Of a stretch of DNA of 64,000 bases, positions 47,665 through 57,755 are shown piece by piece. The first letter of the stretch is position 1; each line of letters starts with the position of its first letter. Source of the DNA: Candidatus Velthaea sp. (GTDB taxonomy: Bacteria > Vulcanimicrobiota > Vulcanimicrobiia > Vulcanimicrobiales > Vulcanimicrobiaceae); contig JBEKHC010000005.1 of assembly GCA_050012475.1 (NCBI GenBank), forward strand, positions 1 through 64,000, read 5' to 3'. The position numbers were made by a program, and so were the translations under genes. The notes beneath the pieces were generated by a model. The model had not been told where the DNA came from, did not search any database, and was given only the letters and a program-made list of their open reading frames with translations.

Positions 47665-48804
47665 ATGGCGCCGATCCGCCGAGGGCTGAGCCGTAATTCC
47701 GATCCGGTACTCGCGGCCCGCGAGCTTGCCGATCAGTTGTACGCGCCCGATACCGGTGCGGTTATCTTCTTTTGCTCGGCGACGTACGACCTCGAAGCGC
47801 TCGAGTCGGCGCTGGCCGATCGGTTCGCCGGAGCGAATCTGCTGGGTTGCAGCACCGCTGGTGAGATTTCACTGGAGGGGTATACCGAGCGGGCACTGGT
47901 GGGGATCAGTTTTCCGCGTTCGGAGTTCTTGGTCGTCAGCGACCGCTGCGAGCATCTCACGACCCGGTCGCTGCTCAGTGTTTGCGCGACGGTCGGCGGA
48001 TTGGTCAAGCGCTTGCGCACGCAAGCGCCGAGCGCGAAGGCGAGCAATACGTTTGCCGTGCTGCTCATCGATGGGTTGGCCGGGCTCGAGGAGCCCATCC
48101 TCAGTGCGATCGTGCGCGAGTTGGGCGATATTCCGCTCGTGGGCGGGTCCGCCGGCGATAATCTGCGGTTCAAAGAAACAGTGGTCTTTCATGAGGGCGC
48201 CTTCTTTGCCGAGAGTGCGGTGCTGGCGTTGATTCATACCGAGCGGCCGTTCGAGGTTTTCAAGACGCAGCATATCCGCAGTCTCGATACCAAGATGGTT
48301 ATCACGGAAGCCGACCCGATGCGGCGCGTCGTCACCGAGATCAACGCCGAACCGGCGAGCGTTGAATATGCCCGGCTTTCGGGGGCGGGGATCGAACCGC
48401 TCGCACCGATGCAGCTTGCGACCCATCCGCTTACCGTTCGCGTGGGCGGCGACGACTACGTGCGCTCGATCCGAAGCGTCAACGAGGATTCGAGCCTGAC
48501 GTTTTATTGTGCGATCGATGAAGGGCTGGTGCTTTCTGCCGGCACCGGCATCGACATGGTTCGCGATTTGCAGCGGCTGTTCACGAGGATCGAACAGGCC
48601 GTCGGGCCGCCGGCTGCGGTTTTGGGATTCGATTGCATTTTCCGGCGGCTTGAATTGCAGACGCGCGGGATGGAAGCGCACGTTTCGGGGATGCTGGCGG
48701 CGAACAACGTCGTGGGTTTTTCGACGTACGGCGAGCAGTTTCAGGCGATGCACCTCAACCAGACGTTCAGCGGTATCGCGTTTGGCCGGAGCGGCCGGCG
48801 GTGA
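47665..48804 (+). CDS. nosP: FIST-domain sensor, NosP/GfdT-like
   Basis: FFCSATYD, GCSTAGEI, LLIDGL, GGSAGD, EINAEPA, YVRSI, FYCAIDEG, GFSTYGEQ...HLNQT. Confidence 0.88.
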   Translation: MAPIRRGLSRNSDPVLAARELADQLYAPDTGAVIFFCSATYDLEALESALADRFAGANLLGCSTAGEISLEGYTERALVGISFPRSEFLVVSDRCEHLTTRSLLSVCATVGGLVKRLRTQAPSAKASNTFAVLLIDGLAGLEEPILSAIVRELGDIPLVGGSAGDNLRFKETVVFHEGAFFAESAVLALIHTERPFEVFKTQHIRSLDTKMVITEADPMRRVVTEINAEPASVEYARLSGAGIEPLAPMQLATHPLTVRVGGDDYVRSIRSVNEDSSLTFYCAIDEGLVLSAGTGIDMVRDLQRLFTRIEQAVGPPAAVLGFDCIFRRLELQTRGMEAHVSGMLAANNVVGFSTYGEQFQAMHLNQTFSGIAFGRSGRR

Positions 48805-50195
48805 GCGCGATCTTCGAGGACGGGCGTCCGTCCGTAGGCGATCTTGCGCGCGAAAACAAGAAGCTGCGCAAGATCGTCAGCGTGCTCATGAACCGCGTCG
48901 AGCGCAGCACCGACGCGCAGGGGAACGCGTTCAGTTTGTTTCAAGCCGCGATCATCTTGGAGTCGACGGTGCGCGAGCGGACGGCCGAATTGCAGTCGCT
49001 CAACGGCCGGCTGTCCGATGAGATCGACGAGCGCCGAGCGATCGAGGCGGCATTGCAGATCGCCAAAGCGCAAGCCGAGCGCGCCAATGCCGGCAAGACG
49101 GAGTTTCTGGCGGCGGCCAGCCACGACTTGATGCAGCCGCTCAATGTTGCACGGCTCTTCGTCGACGCGATCGCCGAGCGGCCGCTCGACGCGCAGACGA
49201 CGCAGATGCTCGAACGGGTTGCGCGTTCGCTCGAAAGCGCTGAAACTTTGTTGCGAACGCTGCAGGAGATGTCGCGCTTAGACGCCGGTGCGCTGCGCGT
49301 CGAGATGAGCGACTTCGCGCTCGAACCGCTGCTGCATCACCTCGCCGGCGAGTATGGGTTGGCGGCCGAAGAACGCGGGCTGCGGTTGCGCGTCGTTCCC
49401 TGCGATGCCGTGGTTCATAGCGATCGGGGCCTGCTCGAACGCATCGTGCGCAACTTGCTCAGCAATGCTCTGCGCTATACGGAGCGAGGCGGGATTCTGC
49501 TGGGCGTGCGGAGGCGCGGCGACACCGCGCGCGTTGAGGTCTGGGATACGGGCCCGGGCATACCGGCGGCAAGTCTGAGCGATATCTTCCGCGAGTTTCA
49601 CCGGCTTGCCAATCGCAATCGCGGGCAGGACCGCTCGCCCGGAATGGGACTCGGTTTGGCGATCGTCGACCGGATCGCACCGCTCATCGACGCGACGGTC
49701 GACGTGCGGTCGCGTGAGGGGCGCGGCTCGGTCTTCAGCGTGACGGTTGCGCTTGCCGCGGGCGAAGCCGCTCCGGCGGCGGCCGCGGTGCCCAGCGAAC
49801 GGGCGGGCGAGGTGTTTCGCGGCCGCACCGTGCTCATCGTCGACGACGACGGTGCTGCGCTCGACGGAATGCGCCGGATTTTGCGCGGCTGGGGCATGGA
49901 CGCGATTGCCGCGCGTTCGGTCGACGACGCCGTCCGCTTCTCGCTGGGGCGGCGCGAACTGCCCGCCGTCATTCTCGCCGACTACCATTTGCTCGACGGC
50001 GCGACGGGTTTCGATGCGATCGATGCGGTTCGCGCATCCTTTGCGTGCACGAAGATTCCGGCGATCGTCATCAGCGCCGACCCCAACGAAGCGACACGCC
50101 GTCGCGCGGCCGAACGCGGCTTCGGCTATCTGGGCAAGCCGTTGCGGGTGGAGCGGCTGCGTTCGCTGCTCGCGCACATGTTGTCTGCCGCGTAA
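48801..50195 (+). CDS. Cytoplasmic hybrid histidine kinase/receiver, NahK/ErcS-like
   Basis: LMNRVERS...FSLFQ..LE..VRERT, H-box AASHDLMQPL, NLLSNALRYT, DTGPGI, GLGLAIV, receiver with ADYHL; GTGA-coupled to nosP. Confidence 0.92.
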   Translation: MSAIFEDGRPSVGDLARENKKLRKIVSVLMNRVERSTDAQGNAFSLFQAAIILESTVRERTAELQSLNGRLSDEIDERRAIEAALQIAKAQAERANAGKTEFLAAASHDLMQPLNVARLFVDAIAERPLDAQTTQMLERVARSLESAETLLRTLQEMSRLDAGALRVEMSDFALEPLLHHLAGEYGLAAEERGLRLRVVPCDAVVHSDRGLLERIVRNLLSNALRYTERGGILLGVRRRGDTARVEVWDTGPGIPAASLSDIFREFHRLANRNRGQDRSPGMGLGLAIVDRIAPLIDATVDVRSREGRGSVFSVTVALAAGEAAPAAAAVPSERAGEVFRGRTVLIVDDDGAALDGMRRILRGWGMDAIAARSVDDAVRFSLGRRELPAVILADYHLLDGATGFDAIDAVRASFACTKIPAIVISADPNEATRRRAAERGFGYLGKPLRVERLRSLLAHMLSAA

Positions 50196-50276
50196 GGGAA
50201 CCGGTTAGGCTCCCGAAATCTCGCGTCCAGCCGATCGGTTTGCGATCGCGCCGGCGGTTAAGGAGAAGAGCGACCG

Positions 50277-51248
50277 TTGGAAAAATCGATGAGCACCGGC
50301 GCACCGTTCGACGTGATCACGATGGGCCGCAGTGGGGTCGACATCTATCCCCAGCAAATCGGCGTGTCGCTGCGCGACGTCACCTCGTTCGCGAAGTTTC
50401 TGGGCGGCACCGCGACCAATGTTGCCGTGGCCGCTGCGCGTTACGGTCGCCGCGCGGCGGTCATCACGCGCACGGGAAACGATCCGTTCGGGGCGTACAT
50501 CCACGACGCGCTCAAAAAGTTCAACGTCGACGATCGTTTCGTCACCCCGGTTGCGCATCTCCCGACGCCGGTGGTCTTTTGCGAGATTTTCCCGCCCGAC
50601 CACTTCCCGCTGTACTTCTACCGGCTGCCCAAAGCCCCGGACTTGGAAATCTACGCAAGCGAACTCGACTTCGACGCCATCCGGGCCGCGCGAATTTTTT
50701 GGGTGACGGTCACGGGCCTCTCGCAAGAGCCCAGCCGCACCGCGCTGTTAGCCGCACTTGAAGCGCGCGCGAAGTCGGGTATTACCGTGCTCGACCTCGA
50801 CTATCGTCCGATGTTTTGGGATTCACCCCAGGCCGCGGGGCCGTGGGTCCGGCGCGCGCTCGAGCACGTCACGGTGGCGGTCGGCAATCTCGAGGAATGC
50901 GAGGTCGCCGTCGGCGTTCGCGAACCGCGGGCGGCGGCGCAGGCGCTGCGCGATTGCGGCGTCGAGTTGGCCGTCGTCAAACAGGGGCCCAAGGGCGTCT
51001 TGGCCGTCGACGGCAAGGGGTCGGCTGAAGTCCCACCCGTGCCGGTAACGGTCGTCAACGGCCTCGGGGCGGGCGACGCCTTTGGCGGCGCGCTGTGCCA
51101 CGGATTGCTGGCTGGTTGGGATATCGAGCGAATCATGCGCTTTGCCAATGCCGCGGGTGCGCTCGTCGCCTCGCGGCTGGCCTGCGCGGACGCCATGCCC
51201 GATGAAGCAGAGGTCGAGGCGATGCTCACGCCGGGCGTCCATGCATAA
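50277..51248 (+). CDS. iolC: 5-dehydro-2-deoxygluconokinase
   Basis: TMGRSGVDIYP, FLGGTATNVAV, CEIFPPDHFPLYFYR, DLDYRP, GLGAGDAFGG. Confidence 0.93.
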   Translation: MEKSMSTGAPFDVITMGRSGVDIYPQQIGVSLRDVTSFAKFLGGTATNVAVAAARYGRRAAVITRTGNDPFGAYIHDALKKFNVDDRFVTPVAHLPTPVVFCEIFPPDHFPLYFYRLPKAPDLEIYASELDFDAIRAARIFWVTVTGLSQEPSRTALLAALEARAKSGITVLDLDYRPMFWDSPQAAGPWVRRALEHVTVAVGNLEECEVAVGVREPRAAAQALRDCGVELAVVKQGPKGVLAVDGKGSAEVPPVPVTVVNGLGAGDAFGGALCHGLLAGWDIERIMRFANAAGALVASRLACADAMPDEAEVEAMLTPGVHA

Positions 51249-51423
51249 CGGCGGACTCGACGCGATTCGCAGCGCGGGCCTGCGGCCCCTGACCGCGCTG
51301 CGGCAGCCGTCGGTGGTGGGCTTGGTGATCGGCCGGCGCCTGTTGTATCCTCCGGATGACGACGTCGCGGCCGCGGTCGACACGTCGGTGAGTCTGTTTG
51401 CGGAGCGTGCGAGCCTTGTCTAA
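51241..51423 (+). pseudogene. In-frame internally deleted remnant of a Cgl0159-like iol aldolase
   Basis: 60 aa ending ALRQPSVVGLVIGRRLLYPPDDDVAAAVDT, matching my recollection of the C-terminus of the barrel protein found between iolC and iolB in actinobacterial clusters. Confidence 0.7.
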
Positions 51424-52309
51424 CGAGCGCTATATTCCGGCCCGCGCATCGGCGCACGGTCCGTTTTCCGCCGTCGTCACTCCCGAGCGCGCCGGCTGGG
51501 GATACAGCAGTTTACGCGTGCTGGAGCTGCCGCCCGGCGAATCGATCGAATTCGATACGGCCGGAGACGAGATGCTCGTCTTGCCGCTGAGCGGCGCGTG
51601 CGCGGTCGAGTGTGACGATCGGCGGATCGAACTCACCGGCCGCGGCTCGCTGTTCACCGAGGTCAGCGATTTTGCGTACCTGCCGCGCGCCGCAAAAGTG
51701 CGGGTCGCGACGGTTGGCGGCGGGCGCTTCGCGTTACCGGGAGCGCGCGCCGAACGCCGGTTTCCATTTCGTTACGGACCGGCGGCGAACGTTCCGGTCG
51801 AACTCCGCGGCGCCGGGGCCGCCAGCCGGGAAGTCCATAACTTCTGTTCGCCCGAGGTCTTCGAGGCCGATCGGCTCATCGCGGTCGAAGTCCTGACGCC
51901 GGGCGGGAATTGGTCGTCGTATCCGCCGCACAAACACGACCAGCATCGCGCCGGTCTGGAAGAAGCGCTCGAAGAGATTTATTATTTCGAGGTTGCGCCG
52001 GGGATGGCCGGTGCCGGCTTCGCGTACCAGCGGGTGTACGCGTCGGATCCGCAGCACCCGATCGACGTTTGTACCGAAGTTCGCAGCGGCGACATCGTGC
52101 TCATTCCGTTCGGCTATCACGGACCGTCGATGGCCGCGCCCGACTACGATCTGTATTATCTCAACGTCATGGCCGGTCCGGGCGAACGCGTCTGGCGGTT
52201 TTGCGACGATCCCGCGCACGCGTGGATTCGCTCGTCCTGGGCCGGGGCCGAGATCGATCCGCGCCTTCCAATGACTTCTGCCATCTCCACGTCTGGGCAA
52301 GCAACATGA
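51416..52309 (+). CDS. iolB: 5-deoxy-glucuronate isomerase
   Basis: TPERAGWGY, ELRGAG, EVLTPGGNWSSYPPHKHD, LEEIYYF, YYLNVMAGP. Confidence 0.94.
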   Translation: MSNERYIPARASAHGPFSAVVTPERAGWGYSSLRVLELPPGESIEFDTAGDEMLVLPLSGACAVECDDRRIELTGRGSLFTEVSDFAYLPRAAKVRVATVGGGRFALPGARAERRFPFRYGPAANVPVELRGAGAASREVHNFCSPEVFEADRLIAVEVLTPGGNWSSYPPHKHDQHRAGLEEALEEIYYFEVAPGMAGAGFAYQRVYASDPQHPIDVCTEVRSGDIVLIPFGYHGPSMAAPDYDLYYLNVMAGPGERVWRFCDDPAHAWIRSSWAGAEIDPRLPMTSAISTSGQAT

Positions 52310-54183
52310 GTTTGAACGGCAAAATGTATCGTCTCACCGTCGCGCAAGCACTGGTGCGGTTTCTGGCCGCTCAGTACACGGAGCGCGACGGGATCGAACA
52401 GCGGTTGATCGCCGGGTGTCTAGGCATCTTCGGGCACGGAAATGTTGCGGGCGTGGGCCAAGCGCTGCTCGAAGCGCAAGACGACCTGCGCTACTTTCCG
52501 GCGCGCAACGAACAGGCGATGGTGCATATCGCCGTTGCGTACGCGCGCATGAAGAATCGGCTTTCGACGTATGCGTGCACGTCGTCGGTGGGTCCGGGCG
52601 CGACCAATATGATCACCGGCGCCGCGCTTGCGACGATCAACCGGCTGCCGGTGCTGCTGCTGCCCAGCGACACGTTCGCAACACGCAGCGCCGGCACGCT
52701 GCTGCAAGAGCTCGAGGATCCAGCGACCCTCGACGTCACGGTCAACGATTGCTTCCGCCCGGTCTCGCGGTTTTTCAGCCGGATCGAACGGCCGGTGCAG
52801 CTGCTGACGGCGGCCGTCGCCGCGATGCGCGTGCTGTCCGATCCGATCGAGACCGGCGCGGTGACGCTGGCGCTGCCCGAAGACGTGCAGGCCGAAGCGT
52901 TCGATTGGCCGGCCGAATTCTTCGCCAAGCGCGTGTGGCGCGTCCGGCGTCCGCCGCCGGACTTGGCCACGCTGCACGATGCCGCGGTGCTGCTGCGCAG
53001 CGCGCAGCGCCCGCTCATCGTCGCGGGCGGCGGTGTCATCTACAGCGAGGCCGTCGACGCGCTCAAAATGTTTGCCCAAGCGACCGGCGTCCCCGTGGCC
53101 GAGAGTCAGGCCGGCAAAGGCTCGCTGCCCTACGATCACCCGTGCGCGGTCGGAGCGGTCGGCGCGACCGGGACGGCTGCCGCAAACGCGCTCGCGCGTG
53201 ACGCCGATGTCGTGCTCGGCATCGGTACGCGTTGGAGCGATTTCACCACCGCGTCGCGCAGCATCTTCGCCGGTTCGGGCGTGCGCTTCATCAATCTCAA
53301 TGTCGTCCCGCTCGATGCCGGCAAGCATGCCGGGATTCCGCTCGTCGCCGACGCCCGCGTGGGCTTGCTTGCGCTGCAGCAGGTGCTCGGCAGCTGGACC
53401 GTTCGCCGCGAGTACGGCGAGCGGATACGGGCGCTCGCGGCGGCTTGGGATGCGACGGTCGAAGCCGCGTACGGCCAGCGCCATACGCCGCTGCCGGCGC
53501 AAGCCGAGATCGTCGGCGTCGTCAACGCGGTGAGCGAGCCGCGCGACGTCGTCGTTTGCGCCGCCGGAAGTCTCCCCGGCGACTTGCACAAACTGTGGCG
53601 CACGCGCGACCCCAAGGGCTATCACGTCGAGTACGGCTATTCGTGCATGGGCTATGAGATCGCCGGCGGCGTCGGCGTGAAGATGGCCGCGCCTGACCGC
53701 GAAGTCTTCGTGATGGTCGGCGACGGTTCGTACTTGATGATGAATTCCGAACTCGTCACCGCGATCCAAGAGGGCATCAAGATCAACGTGGTTCTCATTC
53801 AGAATCACGGGTTTCAATCGATTGGCGAACTCTCGGAGTCGGTCGGGTCGCAGCGTTTCGGCACGCGTTACCGCTACCGCGACCCGGCGACGGGGAGGCT
53901 CGACGGCGGCACCCTGCCGGTCGATCTCGCCGCAAACGCCGCCAGTTTGGGTTGCGACGTCCTGCGGGCGAGTACGACCGCGGAGTTCCGGACGGCGCTC
54001 GAACGCGCCCGGGCCTCGACGCGCACGACCGTCGTCTATGTCGAGACCGACCCGCTCGTGACGGCCCCCGACTCCGAAGCGTGGTGGGACGTCCCGGTCG
54101 CGGAAGTGTCGCGGCTCGAATCGACGCAGCTTGCGCGTGAGGGGTACGTCGCGAGCAAACAGCACCAACGCCTGTATCTCTGA
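52306..54183 (+). CDS. iolD: 3D-(3,5/4)-trihydroxycyclohexane-1,2-dione acylhydrolase (TPP)
   Basis: RLTVAQALVRFL, GIFGHGNVAG, RNEQAMVH, YHVEYGYSCMGYEI, VGDGSY, WWDVPV. Confidence 0.96.
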   Translation: MSLNGKMYRLTVAQALVRFLAAQYTERDGIEQRLIAGCLGIFGHGNVAGVGQALLEAQDDLRYFPARNEQAMVHIAVAYARMKNRLSTYACTSSVGPGATNMITGAALATINRLPVLLLPSDTFATRSAGTLLQELEDPATLDVTVNDCFRPVSRFFSRIERPVQLLTAAVAAMRVLSDPIETGAVTLALPEDVQAEAFDWPAEFFAKRVWRVRRPPPDLATLHDAAVLLRSAQRPLIVAGGGVIYSEAVDALKMFAQATGVPVAESQAGKGSLPYDHPCAVGAVGATGTAAANALARDADVVLGIGTRWSDFTTASRSIFAGSGVRFINLNVVPLDAGKHAGIPLVADARVGLLALQQVLGSWTVRREYGERIRALAAAWDATVEAAYGQRHTPLPAQAEIVGVVNAVSEPRDVVVCAAGSLPGDLHKLWRTRDPKGYHVEYGYSCMGYEIAGGVGVKMAAPDREVFVMVGDGSYLMMNSELVTAIQEGIKINVVLIQNHGFQSIGELSESVGSQRFGTRYRYRDPATGRLDGGTLPVDLAANAASLGCDVLRASTTAEFRTALERARASTRTTVVYVETDPLVTAPDSEAWWDVPVAEVSRLESTQLAREGYVASKQHQRLYL

Positions 54184-54260
54184 CGGCCCCGCTCGAGAAT
54201 CGCCCGCGGGCGTACGACGAGCCGGATCTCTCCGATGCCGCTGAAAGGTAAACACTACTC

Positions 54261-55775
54261 ATGAAAACGATGCTCAAGACGATCCAACATCGCATCGGCG
54301 GCCGCGATACGAACGGGACTTCGCAGCGCACGGCTGCGGTGTACAATCCGGCGACCGGCGAACAGGAAGCCGAGGTGCTGCTCGCCGAGCCCGCCGACGT
54401 CGACGCCGCGGTGCAAACGGCGCACAAAGCGTTTCTCGAATGGCGGGACGCATCGTCGACGCGGCGCGCACGGGTGATGTTCGCTTTCCGCAATTTGGTT
54501 CTCAAGCATACCAAAGAATTAGCCGTAATCGTTTCCCGCGAACACGGAAAGGTCGTTTCCGACGCCCAGGGCGAGGTCACGCGCGGCATGGAGGTCATCG
54601 AGTACGCCTGCGGGATTCCGCAGCTGCTCAAAGGCGAATACTCCGATCAAGTCTCGGCCGACGTCGACCTGTTCTCGTTCCGCCAGCCGCTGGGCGTGTG
54701 CGCGGGCATCACGCCGTTCAACTTTCCTGCCATGGTGCCGATGTGGATGCATCCGGTCGCAATCGCGTGCGGGAACACGTTCGTGCTCAAGCCGTCCGAG
54801 CGCGATCCGTCGGCCTCGAATTTCGTCGCGAACCTGTACGCCGAAGCTGGCCTGCCGGACGGCGTCTTCAACGTCGTGCACGGCGACAAGGTCGCCGTCG
54901 ATGCGGTGCTCGATCATCCCGGCATCGCTGCCGTGTCCTTCGTGGGCTCCACGCCGATCGCGCGCTACGTGCACGAACGCGGGACCAAGAGCGGCAAGCG
55001 CGTTCAGGCTTTGGGCGGCGCAAAAAATCACGCCGTCGTCATGCCCGACGCCGACTTGGAGTTTGCCGCCAACCACATCACCGCCGCGGCGTACGGATCG
55101 GCGGGGGAACGCTGTATGGCGATCTCCGCAGTGGTTGCCGTCGGCGACGCGGCCGATCCGCTCATCGCGCGGCTCAAACAGAAAGCATTGGAAGTAAAGG
55201 TCGGTCCGGGTTCCGATGCGTCATGCGACATGGGACCGGTCGTGACGGCGCAGGCCCGCGATCGCATCAAGGGCTACATCGACCGTGGCGCGGAAGCCGG
55301 GGCAACGCTGGTCGTCGACGGCCGCGATTGTTCGATCGACGGCTACCCCAACGGCTATTTCGTGGGACCGACGCTCTTCGACAAGGTCGAGCCCAAGATG
55401 GATATCTACACCGACGAAATCTTCGGGCCGGTGCTCGTCGTGGTGCGAGCTGAGACGCTCGTCGAAGCGATCGGCCTCATCAATGCCAACCCGTACGGCA
55501 ACGGGACCGCGATCTTCACTAGCAGCGGCAGCGCCGCGCGCATCTTCCAGCGCGATATCGAAGTCGGCATGATCGGGATCAACGTGCCGATCCCCGTGCC
55601 GATGGCGTTCTATTCGTTCGGCGGCTGGAAGGCGTCACTATTCGGCGACCACCACATTCACGGTCCCGAAGGCATCAAATTTTACACGCGCGGCAAAGTC
55701 GTGACGACCCGCTGGCCCGACGATGAAATCGCGTCCGCCAAACACGCCTCGATGCATTTCCCGACGGCGAAGTAG
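54261..55775 (+). CDS. iolA: CoA-acylating (methyl)malonate-semialdehyde dehydrogenase
   Basis: ITPFNFPAMVP, LKPSERDP, GGAKNH, GSAGERCMA, GINVPIPVP. Confidence 0.94.
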   Translation: MKTMLKTIQHRIGGRDTNGTSQRTAAVYNPATGEQEAEVLLAEPADVDAAVQTAHKAFLEWRDASSTRRARVMFAFRNLVLKHTKELAVIVSREHGKVVSDAQGEVTRGMEVIEYACGIPQLLKGEYSDQVSADVDLFSFRQPLGVCAGITPFNFPAMVPMWMHPVAIACGNTFVLKPSERDPSASNFVANLYAEAGLPDGVFNVVHGDKVAVDAVLDHPGIAAVSFVGSTPIARYVHERGTKSGKRVQALGGAKNHAVVMPDADLEFAANHITAAAYGSAGERCMAISAVVAVGDAADPLIARLKQKALEVKVGPGSDASCDMGPVVTAQARDRIKGYIDRGAEAGATLVVDGRDCSIDGYPNGYFVGPTLFDKVEPKMDIYTDEIFGPVLVVVRAETLVEAIGLINANPYGNGTAIFTSSGSAARIFQRDIEVGMIGINVPIPVPMAFYSFGGWKASLFGDHHIHGPEGIKFYTRGKVVTTRWPDDEIASAKHASMHFPTAK

Positions 55776-55790
55776 CTCCGGCGCGCGACG

Positions 55791-56582
55791 CTACGAACCG
55801 ACGCTCATCGGCAGCTGCCCGTACTGACCGTCGCGCGTCATGTCGCGGGCTCGAGCAAGCGGGAGATCGAGCAGCGAATGAAAGCGGCCGCCGAAAGCAT
55901 ACACGTGCGCACGGAACGGCTCGAGACCGTCGAGCGTCGCGTGATAGCGCACGACGCCAAACGGAAATGCCGGGTGGTGCCAGAGTTGGACTCGTCGCAG
56001 GCGCTGCTTGGAGTTGGCGCTGCCGGCGGTGAACTCGGCGACGACGTGCGTGGCATCGACGTTGCGGCTGGCCGCGTGGATGGTCTGCGGGGCAACCGAG
56101 ACGATCCGTATCGGCCGCGTATCGTAGAGGTAGGCTTCGTCGAACAGCCGCAACGTCGTGTCCGTACGGGCAACGTGACTGCCGTCGGTCGTGTCGCCGA
56201 AACGATAGATGAAATTCTCGGTTCGCCCGATGCTGACGAGCAACGGGTACGTATCGAGCAGCGATCCGAAGCGGCCGGCGCGCAAATACGATTTGCGCAT
56301 CGAACTCGGATTGCACGATCCGCCCGGACTGCCGATCTGCGTCTCGAAATACAGCAGCCGCTTCCCGTTCGGATCGCGCTCGAACCCGGCCCCGACTTGT
56401 TTCTGATACTCGGCGCCCGAACCCAAAATAATGCGGGTCCAACTGCCTGGCTCAATGCGCGGCAAGGACGCGAACAGCGTTTGCTGCGTCGTTACGCTGC
56501 CTTCGAGGCGGCGTGCGAAAGCCGCAAGCGGTACGCCTGCGGCTCCTGCCGCGAGCAGCGCGGCAAAGGTCGCGCGATCCAT
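55791..56582 (-). CDS. Exported hypothetical protein (Tat-like leader)
   Basis: MDRATFAALLAAGAAGVPLAAFA leader; TGATG overlap with the cytochrome c stop. Confidence 0.65.
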   Translation of the reverse strand: MDRATFAALLAAGAAGVPLAAFARRLEGSVTTQQTLFASLPRIEPGSWTRIILGSGAEYQKQVGAGFERDPNGKRLLYFETQIGSPGGSCNPSSMRKSYLRAGRFGSLLDTYPLLVSIGRTENFIYRFGDTTDGSHVARTDTTLRLFDEAYLYDTRPIRIVSVAPQTIHAASRNVDATHVVAEFTAGSANSKQRLRRVQLWHHPAFPFGVVRYHATLDGLEPFRAHVYAFGGRFHSLLDLPLARARDMTRDGQYGQLPMSVGS

Positions 56583-56980
56583 CAAAACTTCATGCTGCTC
56601 GACTTGACGACGGCCGGCGTCAACGCTTTCGTTCCGGCCGCATGACCGTTGCGGCTGAGAATGTACGCGACGATATTGAGATACTCGGTGCTCGACAAAC
56701 TGCCGGGGTTGCCGGCCGGCATTTGCGTCGAAATGAACTTGTAGGCCTCGCTGACCGAATCTCCGTTGAGCCCGCTGCCCGAGCCGGTGAGTGCCGGGGC
56801 CGAAACGCCCTCCAGCTTCGCCCCGTGGCAGCGCGAACACTGTGCCGCGTACGTTTTCGCGCCCGCGGACGCTTGGGCGCTGGTGAAAACGGACGGGCCC
56901 GAACTTCCCGCTTGTGACGACGCCACCGATGCGCCAGCGAAGATCGTAACGCCGAGCAGTGCGGCAAAATAAGGCTTCAT
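56582..56980 (-). CDS. Periplasmic monoheme cytochrome c
   Basis: Signal peptide, CSRCH heme motif, TQMP axial Met; GGAGAA/TAGAAA upstream. Confidence 0.92.
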   Translation of the reverse strand: MKPYFAALLGVTIFAGASVASSQAGSSGPSVFTSAQASAGAKTYAAQCSRCHGAKLEGVSAPALTGSGSGLNGDSVSEAYKFISTQMPAGNPGSLSSTEYLNIVAYILSRNGHAAGTKALTPAVVKSSSMKF

Positions 56981-56984
56981 GTTT

Positions 56985-57755
56985 CTATCCGTTCTCCCGT
57001 TCGTATGGACTGACGATCGATTCAAGTTCACCGCTGCGTTCGAGCCGAATGAGTGCGCCCTCGAAGCGGCGGGCCTGAGCGGGGTCGCTTTCAAGGTAGA
57101 GCGCGGCGATGTGCCAACGTGCGTGCGCAATATTCAGCGGCGATACGTAGAGGCCCCGCGCTTGGGGATGCGATGCCCGATAGCGTACGAGCGACGGTTT
57201 CCACACCATCGCCGCGTCGGCATGCCGGGAGAGAAGAGCTTCCAAGACCTGTTCCTGGGTTTGGTAGGTGTCGGCGGTGTAGTTCGGGACCTTCCCGAAC
57301 GCACCCGCGAGATAGAAGTGCGGTGACGTCGCCATCCCGACCGCGATCGTCATTCCGGGCCGGAGTGTGGCTTGGCGCAGCGGCGTGCGCCCGACCAGCA
57401 CGTACGCCGTCGTCAGATAGGGTTTGGTGAATGCCAAACCGTTGGGCGGGTCGGGATCGGTCAGATCGACCGGGAAGCCCATGATGAGCCCGCATTTCAG
57501 ATGTCCCAAATAAGCGAAGAAGCGATCGCTTACACCCGAGCTGCCATCGAAGGTGAAGGGTTTGAGCGGATCGCCGAAGCGCGCGAGTGACGCGACGATG
57601 CGGCGGTCGACCGCGTACGACGGACTTGACGAATCAAGACAGGCGGTGTTCGGGCGGGGCGGACCACCGGCAGCACTCGCCCCCGGCCCGTGAAGGCCGA
57701 GGGCGAGTGCTGCTGCCGCGAGGATCGCGCCGAATCGACGCGGCCGCAATGGCAC
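56985..57755 (-). CDS. Periplasmic binding protein, MxaJ/XoxJ-like quinoprotein accessory
   Basis: Signal peptide; ACLD, CGLIMGFP, TKPYLTTAYVLV, DAAMVW; located between the PQQ dehydrogenase and cytochrome c. Confidence 0.78.
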   Translation of the reverse strand: MPLRPRRFGAILAAAALALGLHGPGASAAGGPPRPNTACLDSSSPSYAVDRRIVASLARFGDPLKPFTFDGSSGVSDRFFAYLGHLKCGLIMGFPVDLTDPDPPNGLAFTKPYLTTAYVLVGRTPLRQATLRPGMTIAVGMATSPHFYLAGAFGKVPNYTADTYQTQEQVLEALLSRHADAAMVWKPSLVRYRASHPQARGLYVSPLNIAHARWHIAALYLESDPAQARRFEGALIRLERSGELESIVSPYERENG

